NCBI GenBank assembly: GCA_000004695.1
Contig: CM000153.2
Location: forward strand, 3,040,001 to 3,104,000
Direction: 5' to 3'
From: Dictyostelium discoideum
Lineage: Eukaryota
Length of the DNA stretch: 64,000 nucleotides
The notes under the pieces are model-generated. The model was not told the origin of the DNA, did not search any database, and saw only the letters and a program-made list of their open reading frames with translations. A program made the position numbers and the translations under genes. Positions 48,495 to 63,339 of the stretch are shown here, piece by piece (within the stretch, counting starts at the first letter, position 1; every line of letters begins with the position of its first letter).

Positions 48495-50636
48495 TGGATT
48501 AACTAGATTGATATATGTCCATCTGTGTTAATACGAGTTTTTATTTAATATTTATTTATAGGCTTATCATTTAAGCTGAAGGGTTATTTTAATCATATGA
48601 ATTGATCGAAAGATATAATATTTGGGAGAGATGATTCTGGAATACAATAGTAATTAGCTGTTGTTTTTCTTAGCTTGATCGTTGAGGTGAGAAGGATCTT
48701 AGGATCTTTGAAATTATTATGGTCTTTTGCTGATAAGTTTTTCAGATCTTTTGCTTTTTTGATGTATTCTAGAGTGGCCAATTTGTGCCATTTCTTTAGA
48801 AGGGAGCTGTATGATAGTGATTCATTTGTTAAAGGATCTTCACTGTATATTTGATTGCAAATCCAAATCCAAATGTTGTGGAGGATAAGGGCCATTAGGT
48901 TTCTATATGCGAATGATCTGGTTAGATCATAGTCTATTGCTTTATAGTTCCATTCAAAGTATTCTTTGTGGAATCTGTGGTTGGCGTAATCTGCATTCAC
49001 TTCTTGATCTTTTTTGGCTGTCGGTGATAATTTTGGAGTTATTCTATTAATGAAATTGTTATTTTGCCTAATTCTTGTATGGTGCCAGTTTTTACCTTTG
49101 CCTGTGGTAATATAGATGAAATTTTTGAGTTTATTTATTTTTATGAATTGTTTTGTTTTCTTGCATGAGAAGAACAGGTGACCGTATGGGTCTTTGCTCA
49201 TATCTTCTTTGCAGAGTGGGCATTGTTTGTTGTGAAGGTAGTTTATTGGAAGGCATCTGGCCTGGAATCTAAACATTGTGTCTCTTGTTTTAGGGTCTTT
49301 TATCTTCAGTATGTTGTTGAAGAGTTGATTATAGCTGTAGCCTCTTAAGTTTAGAGATGATTGGAATTCCGTTTTAGGGATGGTTGGATTTTGGTCTTGA
49401 ATTGTGGTATACCATTCTACCAGTGAAAGTGGTTGTCCATTTTCGTTTTTTATGGATGTGAGATTATTGTTGAAGATTGCTTTTGTGATTCTTATTTTGT
49501 TCCATTCGTCTAAGTTTTCTTTTAGGTATCTGGATGTGAATTTGTTTTTTTGGATCTGATATTCCCAGCTTTTGTGATGCGATGAGTTTGTTTGTTTGGT
49601 TTCTAGTGCTAGGATGAACTGGTTTATGATCCAAAGTTTCTGCGCCAGTTGTCTCAATTCTATATTCCAAATGTTCCAACCCCCTACTTTTAGTGGATAT
49701 CTTGCTCTTTTGGTTCTCATTAAATTAATAACTTGAAATCCACTAGCATTTTTGTTGTTTGGTGCCGATAAAAACCATTCTACTAATTTATTTATTTGGT
49801 TTAATTCCTCTTCCTTAAAGTTCTCTACATATGAATAGTAGGTTAATTTAGAGAGTGCGAATGCTTTGAGGATGTTGGTTTTGGTTTTGATTGTTGAGTC
49901 AGTGGTTTTCCATAGTACTAAGGATGATCTTATTGTGTTTAATATTTCTGGCATTTTTCTTGTTATCCCTTTGCCTGTGAAGAAGTATCCCAAGTATCTT
50001 TCTGGATTTGTAGATATTGGAATTCTTTGGTTGGTATTGTCTGGGTTGCCTATAAGAATTGATGAAGATTTGTCGATGTTTAGTTTTGAGGAAGTGGCTT
50101 TGCAAAATGAATTGAAGTGTTGTAGTACTAATTCAAGTTATTGAGAGTCTGGGACCATTGAAGCCGAGTCGTCTGCAAAGCTTTGGAATTTCTCTCTGTG
50201 GTTGCTGTTGTTTAGAGGAAGGCCAGTAATTCGGTCATCTTGTAAAATTTTTCTAGCTAAAGCCTCTATTACAAGGATGAACAGGGTGGGTGATAGTGGA
50301 TCTCCTTGTTTAACTCCTCTTTTGATCTCAAAGGGTATAGTAGTTCTACCATTAATTTCAATTCTTGCTTCAGATTTGGTGAGTAGATTCATTATCAGGT
50401 TGATTATATTGGTTGGAATGTATATGTGTTGTAGTGATCTGAGTATTGAACCGTGTGAGATCGAGTCAAAAGCTTTTTCGAAATCATATAGTGTAATTAT
50501 TCCGTTAATTCTTTTATCATTACAGTAGTTGATTAATTCGTTCATTGATATGATATTATCTAGAATGAATCTGCCTGGTACGAAACCTTTTTGATTGTGG
50601 TTGATCACTTTCGTTAGTATAGGGATTATTCTATTG
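48457..50636 (-). mobile_element. Retrotransposon copy B of the same family as copy A, minus orientation. The 3' end (about 110-bp tail plus oligo(A), seen as T-run 48457..48490 on the plus strand) is intact. It runs through the RT and a C-terminal Cys-His region into the 100-N gap. It shares the in-frame TAA with copy A.
   Basis: ORFs 50138..50608 (...HNQKGFVPGRFILDNIISMNELINYCNDKR...ADDSASMVPDSQ*) and 48593..49993 (...GYFFTGKGITRK...CPLCKEDMSKDPYGHLFFSC...NIISFDQFI*). The tail gattaaaataacccttcagcttaaatgataagcc... is shared with copy C. Confidence 0.75.
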
Positions 50637-50736
50637 NNNNNNNNNNNNNNNNNNNNNNNNNNNNNNNNNNNNNNNNNNNNNNNNNNNNNNNNNNNNNNNN
50701 NNNNNNNNNNNNNNNNNNNNNNNNNNNNNNNNNNNN
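50637..50736. other. Assembly gap (100 N) between inverted retroelement copies B and C.
   Basis: Run of n characters. Confidence 1.
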
Positions 50737-53107
50737 TGGCCCAGTAATTGAAGCCATCAGAATTTCAAATAACCTAATGGATATGGACCAACTAAATAAA
50801 AGACCCACCTTCTCAAGAACGATACACAACACAAACAATAACCTCACAAGAATCTTGGAAAGGAGACTAGACAGAATATACCTTAACAATAGCATAATCA
50901 ACTACAGCCAATTATACTTAAGGAACCTAATCCCCCCAAAAATTAACAACATACCTCTATCAGATCACAACTTCCTATCAACCACCTTCACTCTACCCAA
51001 CATACAGATGAACATGCGCAGATGGAGATTAAAAAAATGAACGAATTAATCAACTATTGTAATGATAAAAGAATAAACGGAATAATTACGCTATATGATT
51101 TCGAAAAAGCTTTTGACTCGATCTCACACGGTTCAATACTCAGATCACTACAACACATCAACATTCCAACCAATATAATCAACCTGATAATGAATCTACT
51201 CACCAAATCTGAAGCAAGAATTGAAATTAATGGTAGAACTACTATACCCTTTGAGATCAAAAGAGGAGTTAAACAAGGAGATCCACTATCACCCACCCTG
51301 TTCGTCCTTGTAATAGAGGCTTTAGCTAGAAAAATTTTACAAGATGACCGAATTACTGGCCTTCCTCTAAACAACAGCAACCACAGAGAGAAATTCCAAA
51401 GCTTTGCAGACGACTCGGCTTCAATGGTCCCAGACTCTCAACAACTTGAATTAGTACTACAACACTTCAATTCATTTTGCAAAGCCACTTCCTCAAAACT
51501 AAACATCGACAAATCTTCATCAATTCTTATAGGCAACCCAGACATAACCAACCAAAGAATTCCAATATCTACAAATCTAGAAAGATACTTGGGATACTTC
51601 TTCACAGGCAAAGGGATAACAAGAAAAATGCCAGAAATATTAAACACAATAAGATCATCCTTAGTACTATGGAAAACCACTGACTCAACAATCAAAACCA
51701 AAACCAACATCCTCAAAGCATTCGCACTCTCTAAGTTAACCTACTATTCATATGTAGAGAACTTTAAGGAAGAGGAATTAAACCAAATCAATAAATTAGT
51801 CGAATGGTTTTTATCGGCACCAAACAACAAAAATGCTAGTGGATTTCAAGTTATTAATTTAATGAGAACCAAAAGAGCAAGATACCCACTAAAAGTAGGG
51901 GGCTGGAACATTTGGAATATAGAATTGAGACAACTGGCGCAGAAACTTTGGATCATAAACCAGTTCATCCTAGCACTAGAAACCAAACAAACAAACTCAT
52001 CTCATCACAAAAGCTGGGAATATCAGATCCAAAAAAACAAATTCACATCCAGATACCTAAAAGAAAACTTAGACGAATGGAACAAAATAAGAATAAAAAA
52101 AGCAATCTTCAACAATAATCTCACATCCATAAAAAACGAAAATGGACAACCACATTCACTGGCAGAATGGTATACCACAATTCAAGACCAAAATCCAACC
52201 ATCCCTAAAACGGAATTCCAATCATCTCTAAACTTAAGAGGCTACAGCTATAATCAACTCTTCAACAACATACTGAAGATAAAAGACCCTAAAACAAGAG
52301 ACACAATGTTTAGATTCCATGCCAGATGCCTTCCAATAAACTACCTTCACAACAAACAATGCCCACTCTGCAAAGAAGATATGAGCAAAGACCCATACGG
52401 TCACCTGTTCTTCTCATGCAAGAAAACAAAACAATTCATAAAAATAAATAAACTCAAAAATTTCATCTATATTACCACAGGCAAAGGTAAAAACTGGCAC
52501 CATACAAGAATTAGGCAAAATAACAATTTCATTAATAGAATAACTCCAAAATTATCACCGACAGCCAAAAAAGATCAAGAAGTGAATGCAGATTACGCCA
52601 ACCACAGATTCCACAAAGAATACTTTGAATGGAACTATAAAGCAATAGACTATGATCTAACCAGATCATTCGCATATAGAAACCTAATGGCCCTTATCCT
52701 CCACAATATTTGGATTTGGATTTGCAATCAAATATACAGTGAAGATCCTTTAACAGATGAATCACTATCATACAGCTCCCTTCTAAAGAAATGGCACAAA
52801 TTGGCCACTCTAGAATACATCAAAAAAGCAAAAGATCTGAAAAACTTATCAGCAAAAGACCATAATAACTTCAAAGACCCTAAGATCCTTCTCACTTCAA
52901 CGATCAAGCTAAGAAAAACAACAGCTAATTACTATTGTATTCCAGAATCATCTCTCCCAAATATTATATCTTTTGTTCAATTCATATGATTAAAATAACC
53001 CTTCAGCTTAAATGATAAGCCTTTAAATAAATATTAAATAAAACTCGTATTAACACAGATGGACATATATCAATCTTGTTAATCCAATATTAAAAAAAAA
53101 AAAAAAA
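50737..53107 (+). mobile_element. Retrotransposon copy C, plus orientation. It has an APE fragment (to ~51020), then an internal deletion of about 930 bp removing the N-terminal part of the RT, then the RT core, the C-terminal Cys-His domain, a ~110-bp 3' tail and oligo(A) at 53088..53107. The ORF 51022..52989 reads through (CAA) where copies A and B have TAA.
   Basis: ...MNMRRWRLKK is directly fused to MNELINYCNDKR... (compare copy A, about 34257 to 35189). The long ORF ends ...NIISFVQFI*. The 3' tail is identical to the reverse complement of copy B's tail. Confidence 0.75.
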
Positions 53108-54355
53108 ATAGTAAAAAAAAATCTTACTGGTTAGCACTTAAGCCTCCGTGACTTTGGTTAGAATCTTGGTCTGCCCGCGAATTAATGTGGTCAAAAAATA
53201 AACACACTGGATATTACTCGGATAGAATTTCGGAATTTATCTATCAATAAAAACCTTTAACAATAAAATTAATTCAAAGTTGATCATCAAACTATTTATA
53301 GAATAGAATATATCCAATTGTTTAATAAAGGAGACATATATTATGAAATATCAATTGAATTATTATTATATTACAAAAGACTAGTTAATTTAATTAAAGA
53401 CAAAGAAGTTATTAAACACAAGAAATTCTTGAACTCAACTAATAATATTATTCTATTTGAAGGAGAAACATATATTAATCCACAAGAAGATTTAACTTTT
53501 TATTTAAATAATAAGTTAATTACTGCTCTCTTAATAGTTGGAATTGGAAATATTTTCGATTATTGGTAATGCAACTGATGGTTGGTATGTTATTGGATCT
53601 TCTTCATTTTTACTATACTCCCCTGAAACTTTTGGTACTGGAAGCATTGTGGTTGTTGGTACTGGAAGCATTGAGGATTATGGCATTAAATCATTATCTT
53701 CTCTATTATTACTATTATCCTCTGACATTATTATTATTATTATGATTTGGTGACTACCAAATCGTATTGTATTATTTATAGATAAAACTATTAAAATTTA
53801 TAAATCGGCGACCCTTTGACCTATATTTTTTATTGTTGTATATGTATCTTGCTCTTTTTGAATTAGAAGAATTGGCAAAAAAACAATAAAATTATTAAAT
53901 TTAATTATTAAACCCCTTTTACATTTAAACCAAATAATAAAATTTAATAAATTTATTAAAACCCTTTTTTACACTTTAAATTAAATAAATTGATATTTAT
54001 GAGATTAAATAAAATTTATGATAAATAATAAAATATTTTTGATAAACAGTATGTTACTAAATAAATAAATATACTTATGAATTTAAACTATTTAGAGAAT
54101 TTGTTGTGTTTAAAAACTAAGGGTGGTTGGGTGTAAAAATTTCCGCAATTAGGTTGAGAAAAGTAATTTTATGTTGCGCTGGGTTGTCCCTCTCTTTTTT
54201 TTTTTTTTTTCTTTAATTATTTTATTTTCTACAAGACTCCCCTTATTAAAAACATTTTATAATAAAAAAAAATATTTACTATATACCAAAAAAAAAATAT
54301 TCCAGTATTCTATTTTTATAACTATATTTTACTTGGATCGCGAAACAAAAAAAAA

Positions 54356-54410
54356 AATAAAATAAAATAAAATAAAATAAAATAAAATAAAATAAAATAA
54401 AAAATAAGAT
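54356..54410. repeat. (AAAAT)n pentanucleotide microsatellite, about 10 units.
   Basis: aaaataaaataaaat... read directly, immediately 3' of the nubp1 stop. Confidence 0.9.
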
Positions 54411-54411
54411 T

Positions 54412-55908
54412 TTAAAGTTTTTTTTTATTTTCAATTATTATTTGATCAATTTTATCAATAATTGAATGAATTGCTAAAGTACCAGGAGTATTTGGATGAT
54501 CACAAATTGAACAAACCCCATTTTCAGCTGATTTACCTAAATTTGTATCTATTGGAATTTTGCCAAGGAATGGAATATTAAATTGTTCTGCCAACTTTTT
54601 ACCACCATCAGATTTGAAAATTTCTGTTACTTCATCACAACATGGACATACAAAACCAGATAAATTTTCAATGATACCTATGATTGGTACATTTAATTGA
54701 CGACATAATGAAATCTCTTTTTTTACAGTATCACAAGAGAGATCTTGTGGAGTGGTGACCAATACTGCACCATCGGGATTACAAGATTTTAGAGAATTGA
54801 TAATGGAGAGATGTTCATCACTTGTGCCTGGTGGCGTATCGATGATGAGATAATCTTGTTTACCCCAAAATGTATCTTTAAGGAATCTACGAATCATTGT
54901 GGTCTTTCTTGGACCTTTCCAAATTACAGGTGCATCAGGGGTACCCAATAAAAAACCAACAGACATGACTTTAATATCATGATTTGCTTGTTGCACCTTT
55001 GGTGGAATCCAACCATACTCTGAATTTATAATTTGCAATTTATCAACACCCATTAGCTTTGGAATTGACGGACCGCAAATATCAACATCTAATACAGATA
55101 CTTTGGTGGTGTTATTATTTCTCTTTGAAAAACCATATGATAACAAGGATGAAACTGTTGATTTACCAACACCACCCTTTGATGACATTACCAATATCTT
55201 ATTTTTAATAACTTTCATTCTAATTTCAATACTCTTTTTATCAGGATTATCAGCTTGTGATTTACATGCATTTTGACCTGGACAACTTGAACAAATTGCT
55301 TCTGATCCTGCTAATGGTGTATCTGAAGGACATCCAACTGATGCTTTAATAATATTACCTTCAATTATTGTTGCACCACTTGATAAAATATTTGAATCAT
55401 CTTTTATTTGTTTATTTGTTGTTGTTGTTGTTGTCGTTGATTCTGATTTACAACATGATGATGATCCACTTTTTTCACTACCTCCACAACAACCTGATTT
55501 TTGTTTTTCTTCAACTTTATTATTATTATTACTACTACAACATGAAGATGATGATTTATTTTCATTTCCTCCACAACAACTTGATTTTTGTTTTTCTTCA
55601 AATTTATTATTATTACCACTACAACATGATGATGATGATTTACTTTCACCACCACTACAACAACTTGATTTTTGTTTTTCTTCAACTTTATTACTACTAC
55701 TACAACATGATGATGATGATGATGATTTATTTTCACCAGCACTGCAACAAGTGGATTTTGGCTTTAATGATGATGTTATTGTTTGAGAATCATCAGAATC
55801 TTGTTGTATTATAATTGAAGTTGTTTTTTTTGGTGGTTGAACAACAACTTTTTTAAAATTATTGCCAATATCTTCTAAATTATCACTACCATTTCCACAA
55901 CCTGACAT
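54412..55908 (-). CDS. nubp1: Nbp35/NUBP1-type cytosolic Fe-S cluster assembly P-loop ATPase (Mrp/NBP35 family) carrying a tandem Cys-Cys-containing repeat insertion of about 110 aa in the N-terminal region.
   Basis: P-loop ...MSSKGGVGKSTVSSLL..., family motifs ...DVDICGPSIPKLMG..., C-terminal CPxC (GFVCPCCDEVTEIF), ferredoxin-like N-terminal Cys cluster ...AICSSCPGQNACKS.... Upstream of it are four or more repeats of (EEKQKSSCC-G-E-KSSSSCCS-NNNK). Confidence 0.85.
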   Translation of the reverse strand: MSGCGNGSDNLEDIGNNFKKVVVQPPKKTTSIIIQQDSDDSQTITSSLKPKSTCCSAGENKSSSSSSCCSSSNKVEEKQKSSCCSGGESKSSSSCCSGNNNKFEEKQKSSCCGGNENKSSSSCCSSNNNNKVEEKQKSGCCGGSEKSGSSSCCKSESTTTTTTTNKQIKDDSNILSSGATIIEGNIIKASVGCPSDTPLAGSEAICSSCPGQNACKSQADNPDKKSIEIRMKVIKNKILVMSSKGGVGKSTVSSLLSYGFSKRNNNTTKVSVLDVDICGPSIPKLMGVDKLQIINSEYGWIPPKVQQANHDIKVMSVGFLLGTPDAPVIWKGPRKTTMIRRFLKDTFWGKQDYLIIDTPPGTSDEHLSIINSLKSCNPDGAVLVTTPQDLSCDTVKKEISLCRQLNVPIIGIIENLSGFVCPCCDEVTEIFKSDGGKKLAEQFNIPFLGKIPIDTNLGKSAENGVCSICDHPNTPGTLAIHSIIDKIDQIIIENKKKL

Positions 55909-56147
55909 TTTTATTTTTATATTTGTTTAATATTAATTTTCTTACTTTTTTTTAAATGTTTTTATTTTTTTTTTTTAAAAAAAAAAAAATCTGGTCAGTT
56001 TTTTTTTTTTTCACACTAACCAGATATTAATATTAAAAAAAAAAAAATAAAAAAAAAATAAAATAAAAATGAAAAAAAATTAAATTTCATTATTTTCATT
56101 TAAAAAAAAAACAATTGTAAAATCAGGTCGCCTCGGTTCTGAACCAT

Positions 56148-57483
<1,336 letters not shown>

Positions 57484-57864
57484 AATTAAATAAATGTAAC
57501 AATAATACACTATTTTTTTATTTTTTTTTTTATTTATTTTATTGTATTAATAATGTTTTTAAAAGTAATTCAATCTTTTATTTTATTTTATTTTTTCTTT
57601 GTTGAATTCCTCCTTGAGTTTTTTTTATTATTTTTTTATTATTTTTGTTCTTTATCGATCTATAACTAATGAATGCGTATATTAGTAAGATAATTCAACT
57701 GCAATTTCTCTTTAGAATTTCTTATTAATTATTGAATGAAAAAAAAAAAAATCAAATTTCGTAAAGACCAAACTGCATCTCTTTTGTTTTTTTATTTATT
57801 TATTTTTTTCCTTATTTCCAAAACCAAACTATCAAAATATCCTCTATTTTAATATATCGATTGA

Positions 57865-59004
<1,140 letters not shown>

Positions 59005-59237
59005 AGTTGTTAATGATATTTCTTTTTAAATTCCTTCATTAAAAAATAAAAAAAATAATAAGAAAAGATAAAAAAAAAAAAAATAATAGAAAAAAAAAAT
59101 AAAAAATTTTAAAAAAAAAAAAAAAAAAAAAAATGACGTGTAATCAAAAAAAAAATAAAAAAACTTGAAAATTTAATAATATTTATTTTGGTTAAATGTT
59201 GATCGATTGGTTATTATAATTATTAATATGATTATTA

Positions 59238-61004
<1,767 letters not shown>

Positions 61005-61143
61005 TGTTTGAAAAAAAAAAAAAAAAATGAAAAAAATAAAAAAAAAAATGAAACAAAAAAAAAAAAAAATGAAAAACAAAAAAAAAAAAAAAAAAAAAAC
61101 CTGGATAAATTTTTGGAAGTAATTATTTAAAATGTTTTAATTT

Positions 61144-62259
61144 TCAAAACCAGCCGCAGCATGTCCTTGAAACTTTCCTTATTGTTGGTTTATTTATATT
61201 GTGAACTTTAGTTTTTTGAGGTATATCTGAATATTTTTCACGATATGATTTAATTAAAAAGTCACTATTATTTAATAAATTATTATTATTATTTTTATCA
61301 TTATTATTATCATTACTATTATTAGATTCAAAATAATCTAAATTTTCAAAATTTTTACTTTGGTTAAAATTTGGTTTACCATCTGGTGAAGATCCAAAAC
61401 CAAATTCTTGATATTTAAAAACTTGTTTAGGATTTTGTGGTGTTTGTATTGGTTGTGATATTTGTAATTTTTCTGGTGTTGTTTCTATTGTTGATATTTT
61501 TTGTTGTATTTCTTTTTCTTTTTCTTGTTTTTCTTTTTCTTGTTGTTGTTGTTTTTCAATCTCTAATTGATTATTAAAATCTAATAATGCTTTAAAAAAG
61601 TCATAACCATGTTTTTCTAAAAAAGTTTCAATTTTTGGTTGATCTGTACATTTCGATTTCTTTATGAATCTATTTATTAAATTATTTTTTAAAATTTCTA
61701 AAACTTCTTTATTATTAAAGATATCTTGTGGTTGTTGTCTAGTTTGATTTTGTTTTTTTGGTATTAATAGAATGGTTTTAGAGATTGTACTACAACTATC
61801 AATTGATCTAATTTTATTAATTGATTTAATCTCTTGAATTAAACAATTGTAACGAATTGATAAACCTTGTAATGTATCATTTGGAAATACAATGTGTTCA
61901 AATAATTGATCTTGTTCAAATTCTTCATTCTCCTCATTATTATCATCAAATTCTGATGATGTACTTAATCCAATACTGTAACTTGAATTTACTGATAAAA
62001 AACTTGAATATAAATTTTCAATTGATCTGTCAACTGAATTTGTACTATTTATAGAATCACCACTACTACCACTGATACTTTCAATACCACTACCACCACC
62101 ACTATTATTTAACCCACCCCAATTATTTTTATAATTTCCACAACTGTGTGTTTTTTCACAATTTTTACAAAATTTATTATTGCAACATTGTGAATGGGAT
62201 AAATCTTCAAACCACTGATTGCATTCTTTGCAACTTGCCAAATCATCAATTAAGCTCAT
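61144..62259 (-). CDS. LysM domain-containing protein (LYSMD-like) with an N-terminal Cys-rich segment and a C-terminal CCGWF.
   Basis: LysM motif HIVFPNDTLQGLSIRYNCLIQEIKSINKIRSID. N-terminal CKECNQWFEDLSHSQCCNNKFCKNCEKTHSC (zinc-binding-like). Confidence 0.6.
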   Translation of the reverse strand: MSLIDDLASCKECNQWFEDLSHSQCCNNKFCKNCEKTHSCGNYKNNWGGLNNSGGGSGIESISGSSGDSINSTNSVDRSIENLYSSFLSVNSSYSIGLSTSSEFDDNNEENEEFEQDQLFEHIVFPNDTLQGLSIRYNCLIQEIKSINKIRSIDSCSTISKTILLIPKKQNQTRQQPQDIFNNKEVLEILKNNLINRFIKKSKCTDQPKIETFLEKHGYDFFKALLDFNNQLEIEKQQQQEKEKQEKEKEIQQKISTIETTPEKLQISQPIQTPQNPKQVFKYQEFGFGSSPDGKPNFNQSKNFENLDYFESNNSNDNNNDKNNNNNLLNNSDFLIKSYREKYSDIPQKTKVHNINKPTIRKVSRTCCGWF

Positions 62260-62438
62260 TTTATTCTATTATTATTATTATAATAAAAAAAAAAAAAAAT
62301 GATTGTTGATATTTTCAAAAAAAAAATAAAAAAAAAATTTTTTGTTTCGTAGGAAATGTCAAAAATAAAAAAAAAAATCTTTTTTATTTGCTTTTTTTTA
62401 TTTTATTATTTTTTTTATTAATTTGTTTTTTAAATATT

Positions 62439-62512
<74 letters not shown>

Positions 62513-63339
62513 TTTCTGTCCTCTTTAAGTTTAAACTTACCTTGTTAGAAACCCTTCAAATCTTTTATTTTTTTTTATTTTTTTATTTTTTTTAGATTTT
62601 TTCAAAAAAAAAAATTAAAAAAAAAAAAAAAAATAATAATTTTAAAAAAAAATAAAAATTTTCAAAATACACACACAAAAATTCCATCTTAGATTAAAAA
62701 AAAAAAATAAGAAAAGAACCCCCATTGCACTTTTTTTTTTAAAAATTTTTATTTGTGTCAACATATATTACCCTATAAATAGTAATTGTTTTTTTATTTC
62801 TACTAAAAAAAAAATAACCAGGGTTAAATAGGATTGTAATACTAAACTATAATAATAATAATTGTTTTTTTTAATTTTTATTTTATTTTATTTTATTTTG
62901 TTTTTTTTTTTTTTTTTTTCAATCAAGAATTAATTTTCATTTTATTTAATTTTTAGTTGTTTTTAAAATCTTTAGATTTTTATATTAATATATGTTTTTT
63001 ACAGAATAATTAACAATAAACACATCCTTTTTTAATTATAATAAATTTATTTATTTTATTTATTTTATTTTTTTATTTTTATTTATTTATTTATTTTTTT
63101 AATGTAACATTACTTTTTATTCAACTAAATTTTTATTATTAAAAACAAAACAAAACCAAAACACAAAAAAAAAAAAAAAAAATAAATAATAATAAAAAAA
63201 ATAAAAAAATAAAAACAAAATTTATTATCACAAAATATTTTTCATTGCAATAAAACCCACAAATAATAATAATAAAAATAAAAAATAAAAAATAAATAAA
63301 AAATAATATTTTCCACACACACACACACACAAACCAACT

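Noticed and set aside
55368-55814. Tyr/His-rich plus-strand ORF and His/Val-rich minus-frame ORF
   Set aside because: Antisense or alternate-frame translation of the Cys/Ser repeat array of nubp1.
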